From Octopus vulgaris (lineage: Eukaryota), in the NCBI GenBank assembly GCA_951406725.2, contig OX597820.1, positions 13,640,001-13,704,000 of the forward strand: a DNA stretch of 64,000 nt, in the 5' to 3' direction. Below, piece after piece: positions 1 through 13,370 of the stretch. The position numbers were made by a program, and so were the translations under genes. Position 1 is the first letter of the stretch; the number at the start of each line of letters is the position of its first letter. The notes beneath the pieces are model-generated. The model saw nothing but the letters and a program-made list of their open reading frames with translations. It searched no databases and had not been told where the DNA came from.

Positions 1-345
1 GAGTTCAAATTCCGCCGAGGTCGACTTTGCCTTTCATCCTTTCGGGGTCGATAAATTAAGTACCAGTTACACACTGGGGTCGATGTAATCGACTTAATCC
101 GTTTGTCTGTCCTTGTTTGTCCCCTCTATGTTTAGCCTCTTGTGAGTAGTAAAGAAACAGGTATTTCATCTGCCGCTACGTTCTGTATTCAAATTCCGCC
201 GAGGTCGACTTTGCCTTTCATCCTTTCGGGGTCGATAAATTAAGAACCAGTTACGCACTGGGGTCGATGTAATCGACTTAATCCGTTTGTCTGTCCTTGT
301 TTGTCCTCTCTGTGTTTAGCCTCTTGTGGGTAGTAAAGAAATAGG
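1..345 (+). mobile_element. SINE family A, two tandem units (first cut by window edge)
   Basis: GAGTTCAAATTCC B-box-like motif, core GGTCGACTTTGCCTTTCATCCTTTCGGGGTCGATAAATTAAGTACCAG and tail ...TAGTAAAGAAATAGG, twice head-to-tail; many further copies in the window. Confidence 0.85.
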
Positions 346-719
346 TACAAATAATTTATGGGGTAGGTTAAAGGCGGCTATTGTATTGCAGTTTTTTTTG
401 GCATTAAGAAAAAGCTGGTGTACTGTGATAAGTCCATAATTATCAGAGATGCTTACATTGTGTGAAAATGATGTGGAAGGAGAAATTTATATACATTTTA
501 AATTAAATTTGGCAGTTCGTGTAGTGTGTTAACATTGATTTTCTATCAACTAAAAGTTTTATTTGTGCTTTATTTTCATGCACTTAGAGAATGTTGATAG
601 CATTTAATCAATTCTAATTACTTTAAAATTTGGTTTTATTTCTGTACTTGCTAAAATTTCGTATCTGACTAATTTGAATTTTCAGTTTTGACTTTTTTGT
701 TTCCAAATTTATAAATAAT

Positions 720-1640
720 AGTTTTGAGTTTTGGCAAAAAGCCAGCAATTTTGAGGGGAAAATTAAGTTGATTACATCGACTCCTGTCCCCAACTGGTAC
801 TCATTTTATTGATCCCCGAAAGGATGAAAGGTAGAATCGACCTCGGCGGAATTCGAACTCAGGACGTAAAGATGGACGATATGCAGCTAAACATTTCCCC
901 CGGTGGTGCTAACGACTCTGCCGGCTCACCACCTTTTTTTACTTGTATTCTAGGCAAGGCTTGGAATTTGGAGGAGGGGGGGGGCCAGTCTATGTCATCG
1001 ACCTCAGTACTTGACTGGTACTTAATTTATCGACTCCGAAAGGATGAAAGGCAAAGTTGACCTCGGCGGAATTTGAACTCGGAACATAGCGGCAGACGAA
1101 ATACCGGCGTGCTAACGATTCTGCCAGCTCGCCTTCTTTTTTTCACTTGTATAAATATTTATTTCTTTATTGCCCACAGGGGGCTGAACATAGAGGGAAC
1201 AAGCAAAGACAGACAAAGGGAATAAGTCGATTGCATCGACCTCTGTCCCTAACTGGTACATATTTTATTGACCACGAAAGAATGAAAGGTAGAATCGCCC
1301 TCGGCGGAATTTGAACTCAGAATGTAGCAGCAGAAGAAAAGCCGGCGTGCTAACGATTCTGCCAGCACGCCGCTTTTTTTTTTTTTTTTTTTACTTGTAT
1401 AAATATCTATTTCTTTATTGCCCATAAGGGGCTAAACATAGAAGGAACAAACAAGGACAAACAAAGGGATTAAGTCGATTATATCGATCCCAGTGCGTAA
1501 CTGGTACTTATTTAATCCACCCCGAAAGGATGAAAGACAAAGTTGACCTCGGCGGAATTTGAACTCAGAACGTAGCGGCAGACGAAATACCGGCGTGCTA
1601 ACGATTCTGCCAGCACGCCACTTTTTTTTTTACTTGTATA
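720..1640 (-). mobile_element. SINE family A tandem cluster (about 4 units)
   Basis: Repeated reverse-complement core CCCGAAAGGATGAAAGGCAAAGTCGACCTCGGCGGAATTTGAACTCAG and head GCTAACGATTCTGCCAGCTCGCC. Confidence 0.85.
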
Positions 1641-1664
1641 AATATTGGCTTGGCTGCTTGGTTG

Positions 1665-1895
1665 AAGAAGGTGCGTGGCCAAGTGCTTAGGGTGTTGCAC
1701 TCAAGAACAGGGTTTCGATTCCCCGACCGAGCAGTGTTCTTAAGTAAAACACTTCGTTTCACGTTGCTCCAATCCATTCAACTATAAATGCAACGGACTG
1801 GCGTCCCGTTCAGGAGGGGTTTTGTGATCTCAGTTACTTATACAACAAAGAAAACCAGGTAATCGGCCCCTGCGAGTTCTTGGACTCGAAGCAAA
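1665..1895 (+). mobile_element. tRNA-derived SINE (family D), degenerate
   Basis: A-box-like TGGCCAAGTG and B-box-like GTTTCGATTCC; body CACGTTGCTCCA and tail GACTGGCGTCCCGTTCAGG resemble the 61178-61435 copy. Confidence 0.6.
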
Positions 1896-2669
1896 AATCT
1901 CAATGGATGGATGGTGTTTGGTTAAGATATTCATGTTGCAGCCACGTAGTTCCACGTTCGATCTTGCAAACTGGCATCTAAACTTGGAGAGACCAATGCC
2001 TTATAAATCTTCTTTCTTTTTTTTTGCACAAGGCCAGCAATGTCGTGGGGTGGGGGGAAACCGATTAAATCGAGCCCAAAACGATGAAAGGCAAAGTCGA
2101 TCTCAGTGGAATTTGAACACTAAACGTTAAAACGGACGAAATGCCGCTAAGCATTTTATCCGGCGTGCTAACGGTTTTGCCAACTCGCTGCCTTTTAATG
2201 CCTTAAAAATGAAATTTGGTAACGCAAAATGTACGGAAGCGAACTGAATACACATACAGACACACACACACACGTGTATTTGCATGAGTGTGTGTGTGCG
2301 TGTATATCGGCGTGCAGTTAACAAAATCGGTGCATCGACAAACCTTGTAGAGTTAAGTACCGTTCAAAATATAACCCTTGGCGCTCAAGTTGATTTTCCT
2401 TTCGTTCTTCCACGAGATCGATCAAATAAATACCAGATAAAGTATTATGGTCGATATTATTGACTGAAAATTTTCTTGAAGATGGTATTCCAACAAGTCC
2501 TCAATCTAAGACTGAAATCATCAAAGGCCTAAACAATAAATAGCTCAATAGATTTATCGATGTTGGTTATTGGCTAAACCTATTTACGTTTATATTGTTG
2601 CTGTTTCACTAAATTCTTTTTGTCTACACTGATTTTATGGAAGACTAAAATATATGAATGGATAAACTA

Positions 2670-2964
2670 TCTGTTTATCTCTATCTCTCTCCTCTTTCTC
2701 TCTCTCTCTCCTTCTTACGTCCTCGCATTCTCTTCCTCTATCTCTCTTTCTCTCACTGCCACTCTCTGTCTCTCTATCTCTTTCTATCTCTCTTCCTCTC
2801 TCTTTCCTTCTCCCTCTTTCTCTCTCTCCCCTCAGCTCTATCCCTCCCCACGTCTCTCTCCTCCTCTCTCTTCGTTTCTCTTCCCCTCTCCCTCTCTTTC
2901 TCTCTCTCTCTCCCTCCTCACCTCTATCCCTCCTTACTGCTCTCTCTCCCTCCCTCCTTCTCTG

Positions 2965-3006
<42 letters not shown>
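2670..3006. repeat. CT-rich low-complexity tract plus (CTAT)n
   Basis: Seen directly; accounts for the S/L-rich ORFs at 2620-3113. Confidence 0.95.
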
Positions 3007-3007
<1 letters not shown>

Positions 3008-4540
3008 GGACTTTATATATTATAACCTCAAATGCCAGAGAGATCAACTTTACAATTCATATTTTCCGGTCCGATCAAACAGACTGTTACCCACCAAAAA
3101 TATAAAATATTAGTAAGGTTGACCACCCGTTGATGGATACCACTTAGCATTTCACAGTTTACCCCCACTTGTACGTGGAATAAACAGCATTGTCCAAATT
3201 AAATTTGAAATAAATTTTTTTTTTAATATTTTTCCTTACTTCTCCTAGCATGACGTGTGTTCGTATAAATAATATGCCTTACACAAACAGGCGAAGGAAT
3301 ATGTGTGTTAGTGCATGTGAGAATGTGCTGATTGGTTTGTTTGTGTTTACGACGAAGAGGAAAGTACTCAGTACAATAAATAAAGAGTACAAATTTTATT
3401 TTAAAAAACTGAAACGTCTTAAATCTACGAATTTCCTGTGTCGATTATGCAAACAAGTGAAATAGAGAAATTGCGTGACTTTATCGAAGAAAAAATGCTC
3501 GTAAGAAAAAATGTTCTATTCGCATACAGAAATATGCGAGAGTTTCTTGTCTTCAGTATCATATGTGTAAAACACACGATAGCAAGACAGATAGCTACTG
3601 ACAATGAGTTCTAACTTTTAATGAATAACTCTTTACTTCATTATATGTTCCTTTTCAGTATATTTCAGATTCATTGTGTGAAGAATAAACGATATGAACC
3701 AGTTGGTAGCCGGAAATTCATCGATAAATATCGATATATGTGTCTGTAAGAAATCATCATTTTCGATACATTCTAGATATATTTCCATAACCGTGTGGTG
3801 AAGTGTGTTTCCGAATGTATTAATACTTAGCCAAAGTCTCTTTTAAAGGTGTTTCCAGTAAGCCCTATATAGAGTTTGGTATCTGATACCCTGGCAGGCA
3901 GAAATACGCCCCACCATCTCGCACTCCGAATAAATCGAGAAGTCCAACGGTTGATAATATCAACTATTATAGAATTGATTGTCTCTTATAGATCACGTCT
4001 CGTGACATTAATGTACAAGAAAATACTACATTTGTCTCTCAGAGAAGTATAACATTTTTTTCCGGACTTTGGCAATTTTGAACAAAATATCGGAATTGAT
4101 GAATCTCAATCTATGTAGACACATAAATATTTAATCGTAAATTTACAACCACTAACAGGCTGAAATAGTTTATTTCCTACATAGATGATTTAAAAAAAAC
4201 CTTTCTTCCTTGACTTCGTGAGTTTTACATATAGACGGTAAAAAATATGAAAATATCACGTAGTTTTGAATGTGAATAGATAAAATATATTTTGTATTCT
4301 GCTCATAAAAAATGAACAGATGAATATGTGATGTAATTTTCTAGACATTTTTTCCGCAAAATCTTGATACCTAATCATAAAATCTCAATAATTGATAATA
4401 TTTCGATGAAGTTAAGAATAGTTTTGCTTATGTATCGTCACGTACCTTTCCTACTTCAACCATTTTAACAATCGTCAACGTAAAATGCAAGCTAGAATTG
4501 CAAGAGACTTCAGCTTTTAATAAATTATACTTACCACACA

Positions 4541-4947
4541 GCGCAGGAGTGGCTGTGTGGTAAGTAGCTTGCTTACGAACCACATGGTTCCGGGTTCAGT
4601 CCCACTGCGTAGCACCTTGGGCAAGTGTTTTCTACTATAGCCTCGGGCCGACCATAGCCTTGTGAGTGGATTTGGTAGACGGAAACTCAAAGAAGCCCGT
4701 CGTATATATATATATATATATATATGTGTATGCGTGTGTATATGTTTGTGTGTCTGTGTTTGTCCCCACCATCATCGCTTGACAACCGATTCTGGCATGT
4801 TTACGTCCTTGTAGCTTAGCAGTTCGGCAAAAAGACCGATAGAATAAGTACTAGGCTTACAAAGAATAAGTCCTGGAGTCGATTTGCTCGACTTAAGGCG
4901 GTGCTCTAGCATGGCCGCAGTCAAATGGCTGAAACAAGTAAAAAAAA
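4541..4947 (+). mobile_element. SINE family B, full length (tRNA head, CORE-like block, internal (TA)/(TG) microsatellite, LINE-type tail)
   Basis: GCAGGAGTGGCTGTGTGGTAAG...GGTTCAGTCCC head; ACCTTGGGCAAGTG block; tail GGCGGTGCTCTAGCATGGCCGCAGTCAAATGGCTGAAACAAGTAAAA. Many near-complete copies in the window. Confidence 0.9.
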
Positions 4948-5067
4948 TCTACTATGTATATTGAGTGTATACACACATATAGGTTTACATACGCACGCAC
5001 ACACACATATACACACACATATTAATATTTATTTTTATGTCAAGTTATATATAAAAACAATTTAACA

Positions 5068-5385
5068 TGATGGAAGCACTCCGTCGGTTACGACGATGAG
5101 GGTTCCGGTTGATCCGAATCAACGGAACAGCCTGCTCGTGAAATTAACGTGTAAGTGGCTGAGCACTCCACAGACACGTGTACCCTTAACGTAGTTCTCG
5201 GGGATATTCAGCGTGACGCAGAGAGTGACAAGGCCGGCCCCTTGAAATACAGGTACAACAGAAACAGGAAGTAAGAGTGAGAGAAAGTTGTGGTGAAAGA
5301 GTACAGCAGGGATCACCACCACCCCCTGCCGGAGCCTCGTGGAGCTTTTAGGTGTTTTCGCTCAATAAACACTTACAACGCCCGG
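5068..5385 (-). mobile_element. SINE family C (tail type 1), head missing
   Basis: Closely matches the complete copy at 14740-15127. Confidence 0.85.
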
Positions 5386-5435
5386 ATTTAACATGAAACT
5401 TACCAATTACTCAATACTTTCAAGTAAAGTTCATT

Positions 5436-5712
5436 TTCTTTAGTTTCAGCCCGAGTGTTGCGGCCATGTCAGGACACGGCGGTTTGCTTTGTTACACTTT
5501 CACTCAAACTCTTCTGGAGTGTGGCATTTGGTGAATGAGGAAGTCTGACGTTGCTGCCCTCAACTGTGTTTCCTGCCTTGAAGCAGGTTCATCCGGGACT
5601 GTTGACAGAGGAAAATCCAGTTTTGTTTTGAAGAAACCTAAATCCACGCCATGCAGGTCCCTCAGGCTTTGTGGGAGGACATTGAAGGGCTGTGAGCCCT
5701 TGATGCACAAGC
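5436..5712 (-). mobile_element. CR1/L2-type LINE 3' fragment
   Basis: C-terminal peptide FNVLPQSLRDLHGVDLGFFKTKLD...VPDEP followed by a short 3' UTR ending GCTGAAACTAAAG; related copies at 12.3-12.9 kb. Confidence 0.75.
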
Positions 5713-5756
5713 TTCGTGTTTATTATACTTTTACAAGACGGGGTTCTTTTACAAGG

Positions 5757-5799
5757 CAGTGATTTCGAAGTTTCGGCCCGTTAGCCTTCATCAGAATAA
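5757..5799 (-). ncRNA. Hammerhead-ribozyme-like core (Penelope-like end)
   Basis: Minus strand reads CTTATT-CTGATGA-AGGC-TAACG-GGCC-GAAAC-TTCGAAAT: core boxes flanking a short stem II. Confidence 0.5.
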
Positions 5800-6526
5800 G
5801 GCTATGTTTGTGTGCGTGCGTGTGTTTGCGCGTTGTGTGTGTACGTATGCATATGTATACACGCACATACACACATACACGCACACACACACACACACAC
5901 ATACACACATATGTATATAATGTAGTAGGATCGATCAATTGATCGTGTTTAAAACAGCTGGTTAGCATCTAGCAAAAACAAAACTTTTATAGAAAACAGA
6001 AATGAATCGATAACCGATCAATAACATTTATCAATCAATGAATCAAATGCTCTTCACCCCATATCAAGATTAGACAGAAAATTTTCGATAAGACGACAGA
6101 CAACACACAACTCCTTTACGAAAACAATAAATGTTGCTTCTGCAAAAATCAAGTCCATAATTGAATGGAATGGAAGAAGTAGTCAAAAGCACTACAGCTG
6201 TTTCAAAAGGGATACTGCGTACATATTATGTAACATCACAAATGTTTCATGGTCATCCAGTGGCTTCCTCATCGAGTGCTTACGAAGATTCTATTGTAAA
6301 TTATTTGCCGTAATGAATTATGCAAAAAAACGAAAACGGGCGAGGAATCAAAAAAGAGAGTGGAAAGTGGGATTGATAAAGGGCTCGTCGGTTGCTCTAC
6401 TTGGAGATTATCTCGGCGAGATAGATCGGGGTATGGTTTCAAGATCACTTCGCTTTCTGCTTAATCAAATTTATGGTTCGGTCACAGAGGATTCTAATTT
6501 GGTTAATGTTTTTAATATATGGTTGA

Positions 6527-6563
<37 letters not shown>

Positions 6564-6592
6564 TGTGTGTCTGTGTGTGTGTGTGCGTGTGT

Positions 6593-6915
6593 GAAGGTGC
6601 GGAGTCTAGTTAAGCTGCTGCACTCATAATCGTAAAATGCTGGGTTCGATTCTCAGGTGGTGCGTTGCTTTTATTTATTTTTTTTTTCTTATTTGTCAAA
6701 AACCACTTCATTTGACGTTGCTCTGCGGTCACTTTGACATCCGACGCGTAGCACACTGTGCACCCTGTATTAGGCAATGTCAAATGGATGGAGTAAGTGA
6801 ACCAATATACAGCACAAACATCATTTGATCTCTATAAAAAAAGAAGTCATTTGTGCAGCTTGTTCAGTAAGAAATCGCGAAACTCTAATCTGTCGTTTAC
6901 GACATGAAAGTCTAC
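6593..6915 (+). mobile_element. tRNA-derived SINE, degenerate
   Basis: GGTTCGATTCTC B-box; body resembles 30870-31130. Confidence 0.55.
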
Positions 6916-7206
6916 CATATGTATGTGTGTGCGCGTATTTGTATGTGTGTAAACTCGATCGTCCGATCAAAAGAATCTACAATTAAAACAGACACAATGA
7001 TATTAAAAAACGGAAAAGCTTGGATTTATTGAATCTTTTCTTATAAAAACTTACCGTTTGTTCCAACAATGGTATCGTCATAGGAAAACTGACTTCACTA
7101 GATTCGTAATAAATTCTTGTATAGTTTATTGAATAAAAATAATAATCGAATAATAATATTGTCTGAAGTAAAAAGCAAAGAACACAAGAGAAAGAAGGGA
7201 AAGGGG

Positions 7207-8480
7207 AAGGAGTGGCTGTGTGGTAAGTAGCTTGCTTCCCAACCACATGGTTCCGGGTTCAGTCCCATTGCGTGGCACCTTGGGCAAGTGTCTTCTACTA
7301 TAGGTTGGTAAGCAAGCGACTTACCACACAACCACTCCTATACATGTATTTGTGTGTCTGTGTTTGTCCCCCCCCCCCACCATCGCTTAACAACCGATGT
7401 TGGTGTGTTTACATCCCTGTAACGTTAGTGGTTCGACAAAAAGAGACTGATAGAATAAGTACTAGGCTTACAAAGAATAAGTCCTGGGGTCGACTTATTC
7501 GACTAAAAAGCGGTGCTCCAGCATGACCGCAGTCAAGTGACTGAAGCAAGTAAAAGAATAAAAGAATAGTCAGAAATATAGAGAAATGGAATAGTAAGAG
7601 AAAAAAGAAAAAAATCAAGAACAAAGAAATAAATTGGAATAACAGCAACAAACAATGCTATCTTTTATCTTTTACTTGTTTCAGTCATTAGACTGCGGCC
7701 ATGCTGGGGCACCGCTTTGAAGAATTTTTAGTCGAATGAATCGATAGCAGTACGTATCGTTTTTATGCCTGATTCTTATTCTATCGGTCTCCTTTTGGCT
7801 AACTACTGATTTACGGGGACGTAATCACACCAACACCGGTTATCAAGCGGTACCGGAGCAAACGCAGAAACAATAACACACACACACACACGCACGCACG
7901 CATATATATATATATATATATATATATGTCGGGCTTCTTTCAGTTTCCCTCTCCCGAATCCATTCACAACACTTTGGACGGCCGAACTGCTAGGTTACAG
8001 GGGCATAAACACACCAACACCGGTTATAAGTTGGTGGTAGGGGAAATACCGAAACAATAATACACACACACACACATACAGCCTTGTGAGTGGATTTGGT
8101 TGACAAAAACTGAAAGAAGCCTGTCGTGTGTGTGTTTGTGTGTGTGTATGTGTGTGTGTGTCTTTGTGTATGTGTGTGTGTGTGTGTTATTGTGTCTGTG
8201 TCAGTGCCCATCACTACTTGACAACCGGTGTTTGTGTGTTTAAGTATCCGTAACTTAACGGTCCGGCAAAAGAAACCGATAGAATAAGTACAAGGCTTAA
8301 AACCAGCAGCAAACACTGGGTGACGATTCGTTCGACTAACATTCTTCAAAGCGATGCCCCAGCATGGCTGCAGTCTAATGAATGAAACAAGTAAAAGATA
8401 TAATATGAAAGATAAACCCTGCAAGGCAGCAGCCCAGCATGGCTGCAGTCCAATGAGTGAGGCAAGTAAAAGATAAAAGA
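7207..8480. mobile_element. Cluster of SINE family B copies in both orientations
   Basis: Plus copy 7207-7570, minus copy about 7660-7990, partial plus copy about 8080-8480 with a duplicated tail. Confidence 0.85.
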
Positions 8481-9054
8481 TGTAGAATTAAATTATATAA
8501 ACAAATGAATAATTTCTTTGAAAAAGACTATTGACTTTGTTAAACGGATTTTGTTTTTTTAAGCTTGGACCGAAGAAGACAACATAATGTCCGTTGAGAA
8601 AAAAACTTACTTGTAACAAGATACATAAATAGGAAGAATAAGAATGTCGAGATTATAAAACTATGAATAAAAAGAAAAAAGAAGCCGTGTAAAATGTTAT
8701 GAAATTTCTATTCCTAAAAGCGAATAAATATTTAAAATATACGATAGTCTACCGGAAGCGCTACAGAATCCAAAACATGTGGAATCGAATGCGAGTGCGT
8801 GAGCATGTTTGTATGCATGAGTATGTGCATGTGTGTGTGTGTATGCAAAAACCAAACACGTTAATAGTTTTGGGAAAGTGTCTTATGTAACAAAATCAAA
8901 TGCTAATACGATCCATTAGATTCCTGCAAATAACAAAGGAATTTCAATGACCAAATATCGGTTATATAAATTTACATCTCCAAACCAACCATATCTGCAT
9001 ATCTATACAAATACAAACATAAGAGATACACACACACACACACAAGCACAGAGT

Positions 9055-9476
9055 ATATTTATTTCTTTATTGCCCACAGGGGGTTGAACATAGAGGGGAC
9101 AAACAAGGATAGACAAAGGGATTAAGACGATTGCATCTGACCCCGAAAGGATGAAAGGCAAAGTCAACCTCGGCAGAATTTGAACTCAGAACATAAAGAC
9201 AGACAAAATACTGCTAAGCATTTCGCCCGGAGTGCTAACGTTTCTTATTTCTTTATTGCCCACAAGGGGCTAAACATAGAGGGGACAAACAAAGACAGAC
9301 AAAGGGATTAAATCGATTACATCGACCCCAGTGCGTAACTGGTACTTAATTTTTCGACCCCGAAAGGATGAAGGCAAAATCGACCTCGGCGGAATTTGAA
9401 CTCAGAACGTAACGGTAGACGAAATACCGCTAAGCATTTCGCCCGGAGTGCTAACGTTTCTGCCAGCTTGCAGCCT
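9055..9476 (-). mobile_element. SINE family A tandem dimer
   Basis: Two units beginning TATTTCTTTATTGCCCACA on the plus strand. Confidence 0.85.
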
Positions 9477-10834
9477 TCACACAGAGTATGTATTGTGTGT
9501 TCAGTTAGATGTACGTCTTTTACTGCTGAGTTTAGATCTTCATGTGTAGTGCTATCATCCAGTAAAGTGGTGTGAATACGGCTGCACTTGATAATATTAC
9601 ATATGATATACAGTGTAAATCTAGGAGAAATTCCTACATCCTGTGTGTGTACGTGTGTGTGCAATAAAAGAAGAATGGGCGATGGCAGTTCAATCAGTGC
9701 TAAATATGTTTCAATAGCGTAGCATTTTATTCATATTTCGTGCATTACGAATTTAGCACGAATTGTGAGTATCGTCCATTCTTCTCCGTTTATTGTATTT
9801 ATTTACCGCATGCTATCGTCACTACTTAGATTAGAATTGTGAGATACTTGTTATCTTTAAATAACAGATGTTAATTTTCTATAGGAACGATAAAATGCCA
9901 ATATAATTAATTGATTAATTAATTTATTTATTTATTTATTTATTATCTGCTAACCAATCACATGCTGGAAGCTACCGACGTGACCCAAACAAATTGATAT
10001 ATGTGTGCCTGTGTATACATGCAGACATCTGTACGTGCAAAAGTAACACTTACACCTACATGTGAATTTAAGTTTGGTGAGCGGTGGTAGTGGTGATGGT
10101 GGGTGTCGTCGTCGTAGTCATCAGGATAGGGCCGTCTGAAGTTATAGTGACGCCGGCATAACAAAAAGTGTTCCTTGAGATTCATTTTAAACCTAACGGA
10201 GTCCTGCTATCTCTACGTCTGAAACAGCTGATTTCTTTTTGGTGGGGTGGGGTCAGAAAAAGCTAGAGAAAGAGAGAGGGAGATTGTGAGAAGAATAATT
10301 ACCATCTGTATTTCACAAGCAATATATTTTCGACACCTAAAATGATGAAGGGTATAGTTACTTAGGATGGGATTTTAACTTGGAGAGCAAATATAACAAA
10401 TATGTGTCTCCAAGCAATTTCCAGACACAGGAAATGTTATAAAAACGTGCCTAAACACATGTCTCCACAGCATGAAACTATTACTAACTCGCATCATTAT
10501 ACTATGTACATTAAATGATATTTACCTCTCACTGGATGGAGTACTTTTTTTTATTGATCTTACCTTAACGAAACAGTAATCTATGTATATATATATATAT
10601 TCATATATTTGGATGGGTGGATACTTGTGTCGGGTGGGTGATAACTAAATACGCAGCGACTGCACAATGCACATCAAAGTTAGTTTTTAACTTGAAGTGC
10701 TCAACAAACAATTAAAAATGAAACGAGATTCGATCATATTCGAATGAAAAAGATAAAATGGAATTTCATCAATTTTAGATGCACCATACAAAGATATGAC
10801 TTTATTTATCACATACATCAGGTCGGTGTATAGC

Positions 10835-10849
10835 ATATATGTATACGTG

Positions 10850-10911
<62 letters not shown>

Positions 10912-11265
10912 TATGTGTGTATGTATGTATGTATGTATGTTCGTATGTATGTACGTATATATATATATATTTATACATACATATACATATATACCTTTCT
11001 GTATGTATAGATGTGTGTGTGTGTATTTATATACACCTCTCTCTCTGTATATATATTTATGTATATATGTGTATATATATATATACACAAATATACATAT
11101 ATATACATATATATATACACATATATATGCGTATATATATATACACACATATATATACATATATATAAGTATATATATGTATATATATATATATACATAT
11201 ATATACGCATCTATATGTATATATATATATATGTGTATGTATATATATATGTATATATGTATATA

Positions 11266-11322
<57 letters not shown>

Positions 11323-11412
11323 TTATATGCTCATACATATGCATCATATAAATATACACACGCATACATGTTTATCTACATTTGCACATGCATGCATGTA
11401 TACATGTATCAT

Positions 11413-11486
<74 letters not shown>

Positions 11487-11581
11487 CATGTATATATGTA
11501 TCATCGCATATATATATATATATATATGCGATGATACATATATACATGTATATAGAGAGACAGACAGACAGACAGACAGAC

Positions 11582-11664
<83 letters not shown>

Positions 11665-11755
11665 CATACATACACACGTACATACATACATATATATAAT
11701 AAATACATATATAATGCATACATAAATATATTTATATATATATATATATATATGA
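10835..11755. repeat. Compound microsatellite (TG)n/(TA)n/(CT)n/(GATA)n
   Basis: Seen directly. Confidence 0.97.
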
Positions 11756-12244
11756 GTTTGGATGGCTGTATGGCATTTTCTATGCTCGCAGTTTGTTATT
11801 GATAAGGTTTTTAATTTATCTTTACTTTCCCATGTATGGTTTTCTTTAATGCATCTCTTATTCTCTCATACAAAGTGAGATTTTTTCTATCGCATTTTAT
11901 TAGTAATGTGTTCGTCTCTTCTATAGTTCGTATCCATCAAGTCTAATGTATTTGTTGCACTACATTTCGTATTATGTTTTTCTATGGCTTCGTCTATTAC
12001 TTTCTTAGCAGACCCGTTGTTCATTAGTGCTAGCTTTGTACGGAATTCTTTATGTACTGCTTCGCTTACGGGAGAAAGAATATAGATGTTCTTCCAAATA
12101 GAGATTTTACTTCAGACATCTTTTATCCGTGCAGACATGCGCAGTGTTCGAAGGGGAATTTGCGTTGATTTGTGTATTTGTTTGAGACACTTAGACTCCT
12201 GGTGGACGTGACGTAACTGTTGTTTTCTATTTGAAGGTTTCTTA

Positions 12245-12575
12245 TTTTTATTTTATTATTTTATTTTATTTTATTTTATTTTATTTTATCTAGTTTCAGC
12301 TCACGAGCTGTGGCCATGCTGGGGCACCGCCATTTGGTGTTGCTATATGATTTTACTTCATGAATGCTTTTTAGCAAATGCCATTTGATGCATGAGAGAG
12401 TTTGATGCAGCTGCCCTCATCTGCACCTCCTGTCGTGAAGTTGGTTCATCTGGGACACCTGACAGGAAGAGATCCAGTTTTATTTTAAAGACATCTACAT
12501 CTACCCCATGCAGGTCTCTCGGGTTATTCGGGAGCATATTGAAGAGCTGTGGGCCCAGGCTATCACAGTATCTTG
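12245..12575 (-). mobile_element. CR1/L2-type LINE 3' fragment with (TAAAA)n tail
   Basis: Minus-strand peptide ...RDLHGVDVDVFKIKLDLFLSGVPDEPTSRQEVQMRAAASNSL; 3' end GGCGGTGCCCCAGCATGGCCACAGC...CTGAAACTAGATAAAATAAAA. Confidence 0.8.
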
Positions 12576-12689
12576 TCCATCTTATTTGTTTCGCTCATTA
12601 GACTGCGGCCATACTGGAACACCACCTTGATTAACTTTTAGTTGAACGAATCGACCCCAGTACATTTTTATGGGTTTACCCTTCCAAAA

Positions 12690-12927
12690 TACCTGAGACC
12701 TGCATGGTGTGGATGTAGGGGGCTTGAAAACGAAACTGGATCTCCTCCTGTCAAGCGTTCCAGATGAGCCAACCTCACGGCAGGAAACACGGATGAGGGC
12801 AGCAGCATCAAACTCCCTCATTCACCAAATGCCACATATTAGAGGAGGGAGGTTTCAAATAATGATGGTGTAGCACAGTCAACGGCGATGTTCCAGCATG
12901 ACCGCAGCTTTAAAACTGAAGCAATTT
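12690..12927 (+). mobile_element. CR1/L2-type LINE 3' fragment
   Basis: Plus-strand peptide LRDLHGVDVGGLKTKLDLLLSSVPDEPTSRQETRMRAAASNSLIHQ; ends CCAGCATGACCGCAGC...CTGAAGC. Confidence 0.8.
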
Positions 12928-12959
12928 AAAGAATTAAATGTGTATATGTATGTATGTGA

Positions 12960-12987
<28 letters not shown>

Positions 12988-12990
<3 letters not shown>

Positions 12991-13370
12991 GCTGTGTGGT
13001 AAGTAGCTTGCTTACCAACCACATGGTTCCTGGTTCAGTCCCACTGCATGGCACCTTGGACAAGTGTTTGCTCCGATAGCCTTGGGCCAACCAAAGCCTT
13101 GTGAGTGGATTTGGTAGACAGAAACTGAAAGAAGCCCGTCGTATATATATATATATGTATATATTATGTGTGTGTGTATACGTATGTGTGTCGCTTGACA
13201 ACCGATGCTGGTGTCCTACGTCCCCGTAACTTAGTGGTTCGGCAAAAGAGACCGATAGAATAATTACTAGGCTTACAAAGAATAAGTCCTGGGGTCGATT
13301 TGCTCGACTAAAGGCGTTGCTCCAGCATGGCCACAGTCAAATGACTGAAACCTGTAAAAGAGTAAAAGAG
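12988..13370 (+). mobile_element. SINE family B
   Basis: Same head, CORE-like block, microsatellite and tail as 4541-4947. Confidence 0.9.

Noticed and set aside
10687-11723. Long ORFs rich in YI/CV/HT (also 31.8-34.8, 51.3-51.9 and 61.5-63.5 kb)
   Set aside because: Translations of dinucleotide microsatellites that lack stop codons.
11770-12240. Possible decayed N-terminal region of an R4-type ORF on the minus strand
   Set aside because: Too degenerate; no diagnostic motif could be read with confidence.
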